Source of the DNA: Terriglobia bacterium
GTDB taxonomy: Bacteria; Acidobacteriota; Terriglobia; 20CM-2-55-15
Length of the DNA stretch: 64,000 nt
Assembly (NCBI GenBank): GCA_965198225.1
Contig: CBDAOY010000005.1
Location: 544,001 to 608,000 of the forward strand
Reading direction: 5' to 3'
The notes under the pieces are model-generated. The model saw only the letters and a list, made by a program, of their open reading frames with translations. It ran no database searches and was not told the origin of the DNA. This document shows positions 62,964 through 64,000 of this stretch, piece by piece. The translations under genes and the position numbers were made by a program. The first letter of the stretch is position 1. Each line of letters opens with the position of its first letter.

Positions 62964-64000
62964 TCATGCCTTCGCCCACGGAAAGCTCGCCGTACGCGGC
63001 GCAAGATGCGTGAGCCCGTAATCGGACCAGAGCCGCTCGGACGGGAAGCGCACGTGTTTCCCGGTCCGCACCTTGTGCTTACGGCAGAGCCACTGGCGCA
63101 GCCGCCGGGTCGCGTGTTGATCAATCGCCTTGTAGGCCGGGCGGACCTGTCCCAGGATGAAATAGTTCGCCCAACCGATCAGCAACCGGTTGAGGCGTCC
63201 CACTACGACTCCCGACGGCAGGAGCACGTGGCGCGGCGCGGTCAACTCGCTCACACGACGGCAGATGCTCTGGACGCTTTCCCGGCTCGGATGTGTGCCT
63301 ATGTAGGCGGCACCCGTACCCGGCCGGTAGTTGCAACCGATCCGGTAGCCGAGGAACGTCATCGATTCCTCCGGCACCCGGCAGCAGCGGGTCTTCTCAA
63401 CGTTCATCGCCAACTTCAGACGTTTTATCAGGGCTTCGACCGCCGCTAGCATCACCGCTGCCGGCGCGCGACCGAGAACCGCGAAGTCATCCGCGTAGTT
63501 GACGATTTCCGCCTTGAAGTGCCGGGCGTAGCCCAGCACCTTCCAGCCCAGAATGAAGCGCCGCATGTAGATGTTGCTGAACAGCGGCGAGATCGGAGAC
63601 CCTTGCGGGGTCCCCTTCCGCTCGTGACGCGCCCGGTTCGTGCGGCGGCGACCGCCGCGCCCGTCGTCCTCTTCCACCGCCATCTCCAGCCACGCCTTGA
63701 CCCAGCCCAACAGCCGCCCGTCGCTCACACGCCGGGCGATGGACTTCATCAGGTCCGCGTGCGGAATCTGGCCGAAGTAGTCCGACAGGTCGGCGTCCAC
63801 CACCTCCCGGTGGCCCGTCCTCAGCAGCCGATGCACGCGCCTGACTGCGTCATGCGCGTCTCGGCCCGGCCGGTACGCATACTGCTCCGGTTGCAGGTCG
63901 GCTTCGAAGATCGGCGATAACACCAGCATCGCCGCCGTCTGCACCACCCGATCCCGGAGACACGGAATGCCCAACGGCCGGAACTTCCCTCGTTGCTTCT
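62964..64000 (-). CDS. ltrA: Group II intron reverse transcriptase/maturase (partial)
   Basis: RPLGIPCLRDRVVQ, DADLSDYF, GTPQGSPISP, YADD, FLGY, maturase GWANYF; no endonuclease domain. Confidence 0.95.
   Translation of the reverse strand, partial: KQRGKFRPLGIPCLRDRVVQTAAMLVLSPIFEADLQPEQYAYRPGRDAHDAVRRVHRLLRTGHREVVDADLSDYFGQIPHADLMKSIARRVSDGRLLGWVKAWLEMAVEEDDGRGGRRRTNRARHERKGTPQGSPISPLFSNIYMRRFILGWKVLGYARHFKAEIVNYADDFAVLGRAPAAVMLAAVEALIKRLKLAMNVEKTRCCRVPEESMTFLGYRIGCNYRPGTGAAYIGTHPSRESVQSICRRVSELTAPRHVLLPSGVVVGRLNRLLIGWANYFILGQVRPAYKAIDQHATRRLRQWLCRKHKVRTGKHVRFPSERLWSDYGLTHLAPRTASFPWAKA

Larger units (their letters stand above)
61485..64000 (-). mobile_element. Group II intron A (outer; 5' part beyond the window)
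   Basis: RT ORF, DV GAGCCGGATGCGGGAAATCCGCATGTCCGGTTC at ~62920-62953, DVI and end TCGACTCTAC at 61485-61593. Confidence 0.9.

Noticed and set aside
1-64000. CRISPR array, tRNA or rRNA
   Set aside because: No regularly spaced repeats, cas genes or recognisable structural RNA genes seen by eye.
62964-64000. RT as retron, DGR or defence RT
   Set aside because: YADD RT with a maturase domain followed directly by a domain V is a standard group II intron protein.

Overview
GC-rich bacterial DNA. Oar-like TonB-dependent receptors, CRTAC1/FG-GAP and TPR genes suggest Acidobacteriota (inference). The window is a heavily eroded accessory region. (i) 1-22 kb is a decayed defence island: FRG protein, type III and type I R-M pseudogenes, a TIR protein, an AlbA/ATPase gene and three intact TA pairs. 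It is cut by IS110, IS3, IS256, IS1182 and IS5 elements, and two inverted IS5 copies split hsdM by an inversion. (ii) 23-37 kb holds a Tn3-derived mini element, an ORF-less group II intron in an attC-like site, a Cache-Cache-cytochrome P460 fusion and a decayed conjugative module (VirD4-like, VirB11-like, nuclease) with an oriT-like repeat. (iii) 37-61 kb holds two TonB-dependent receptors, Tn3 remnants, vapBC, an intact IS1182, cofG-cofH and a CxxCH protein. (iv) 61.5-64 kb is a three-level nest of group II introns. A small membrane-protein cassette of unknown function occurs three times. No rRNA, tRNA or CRISPR array was seen. All family calls come from motif recognition by eye, not database searches.
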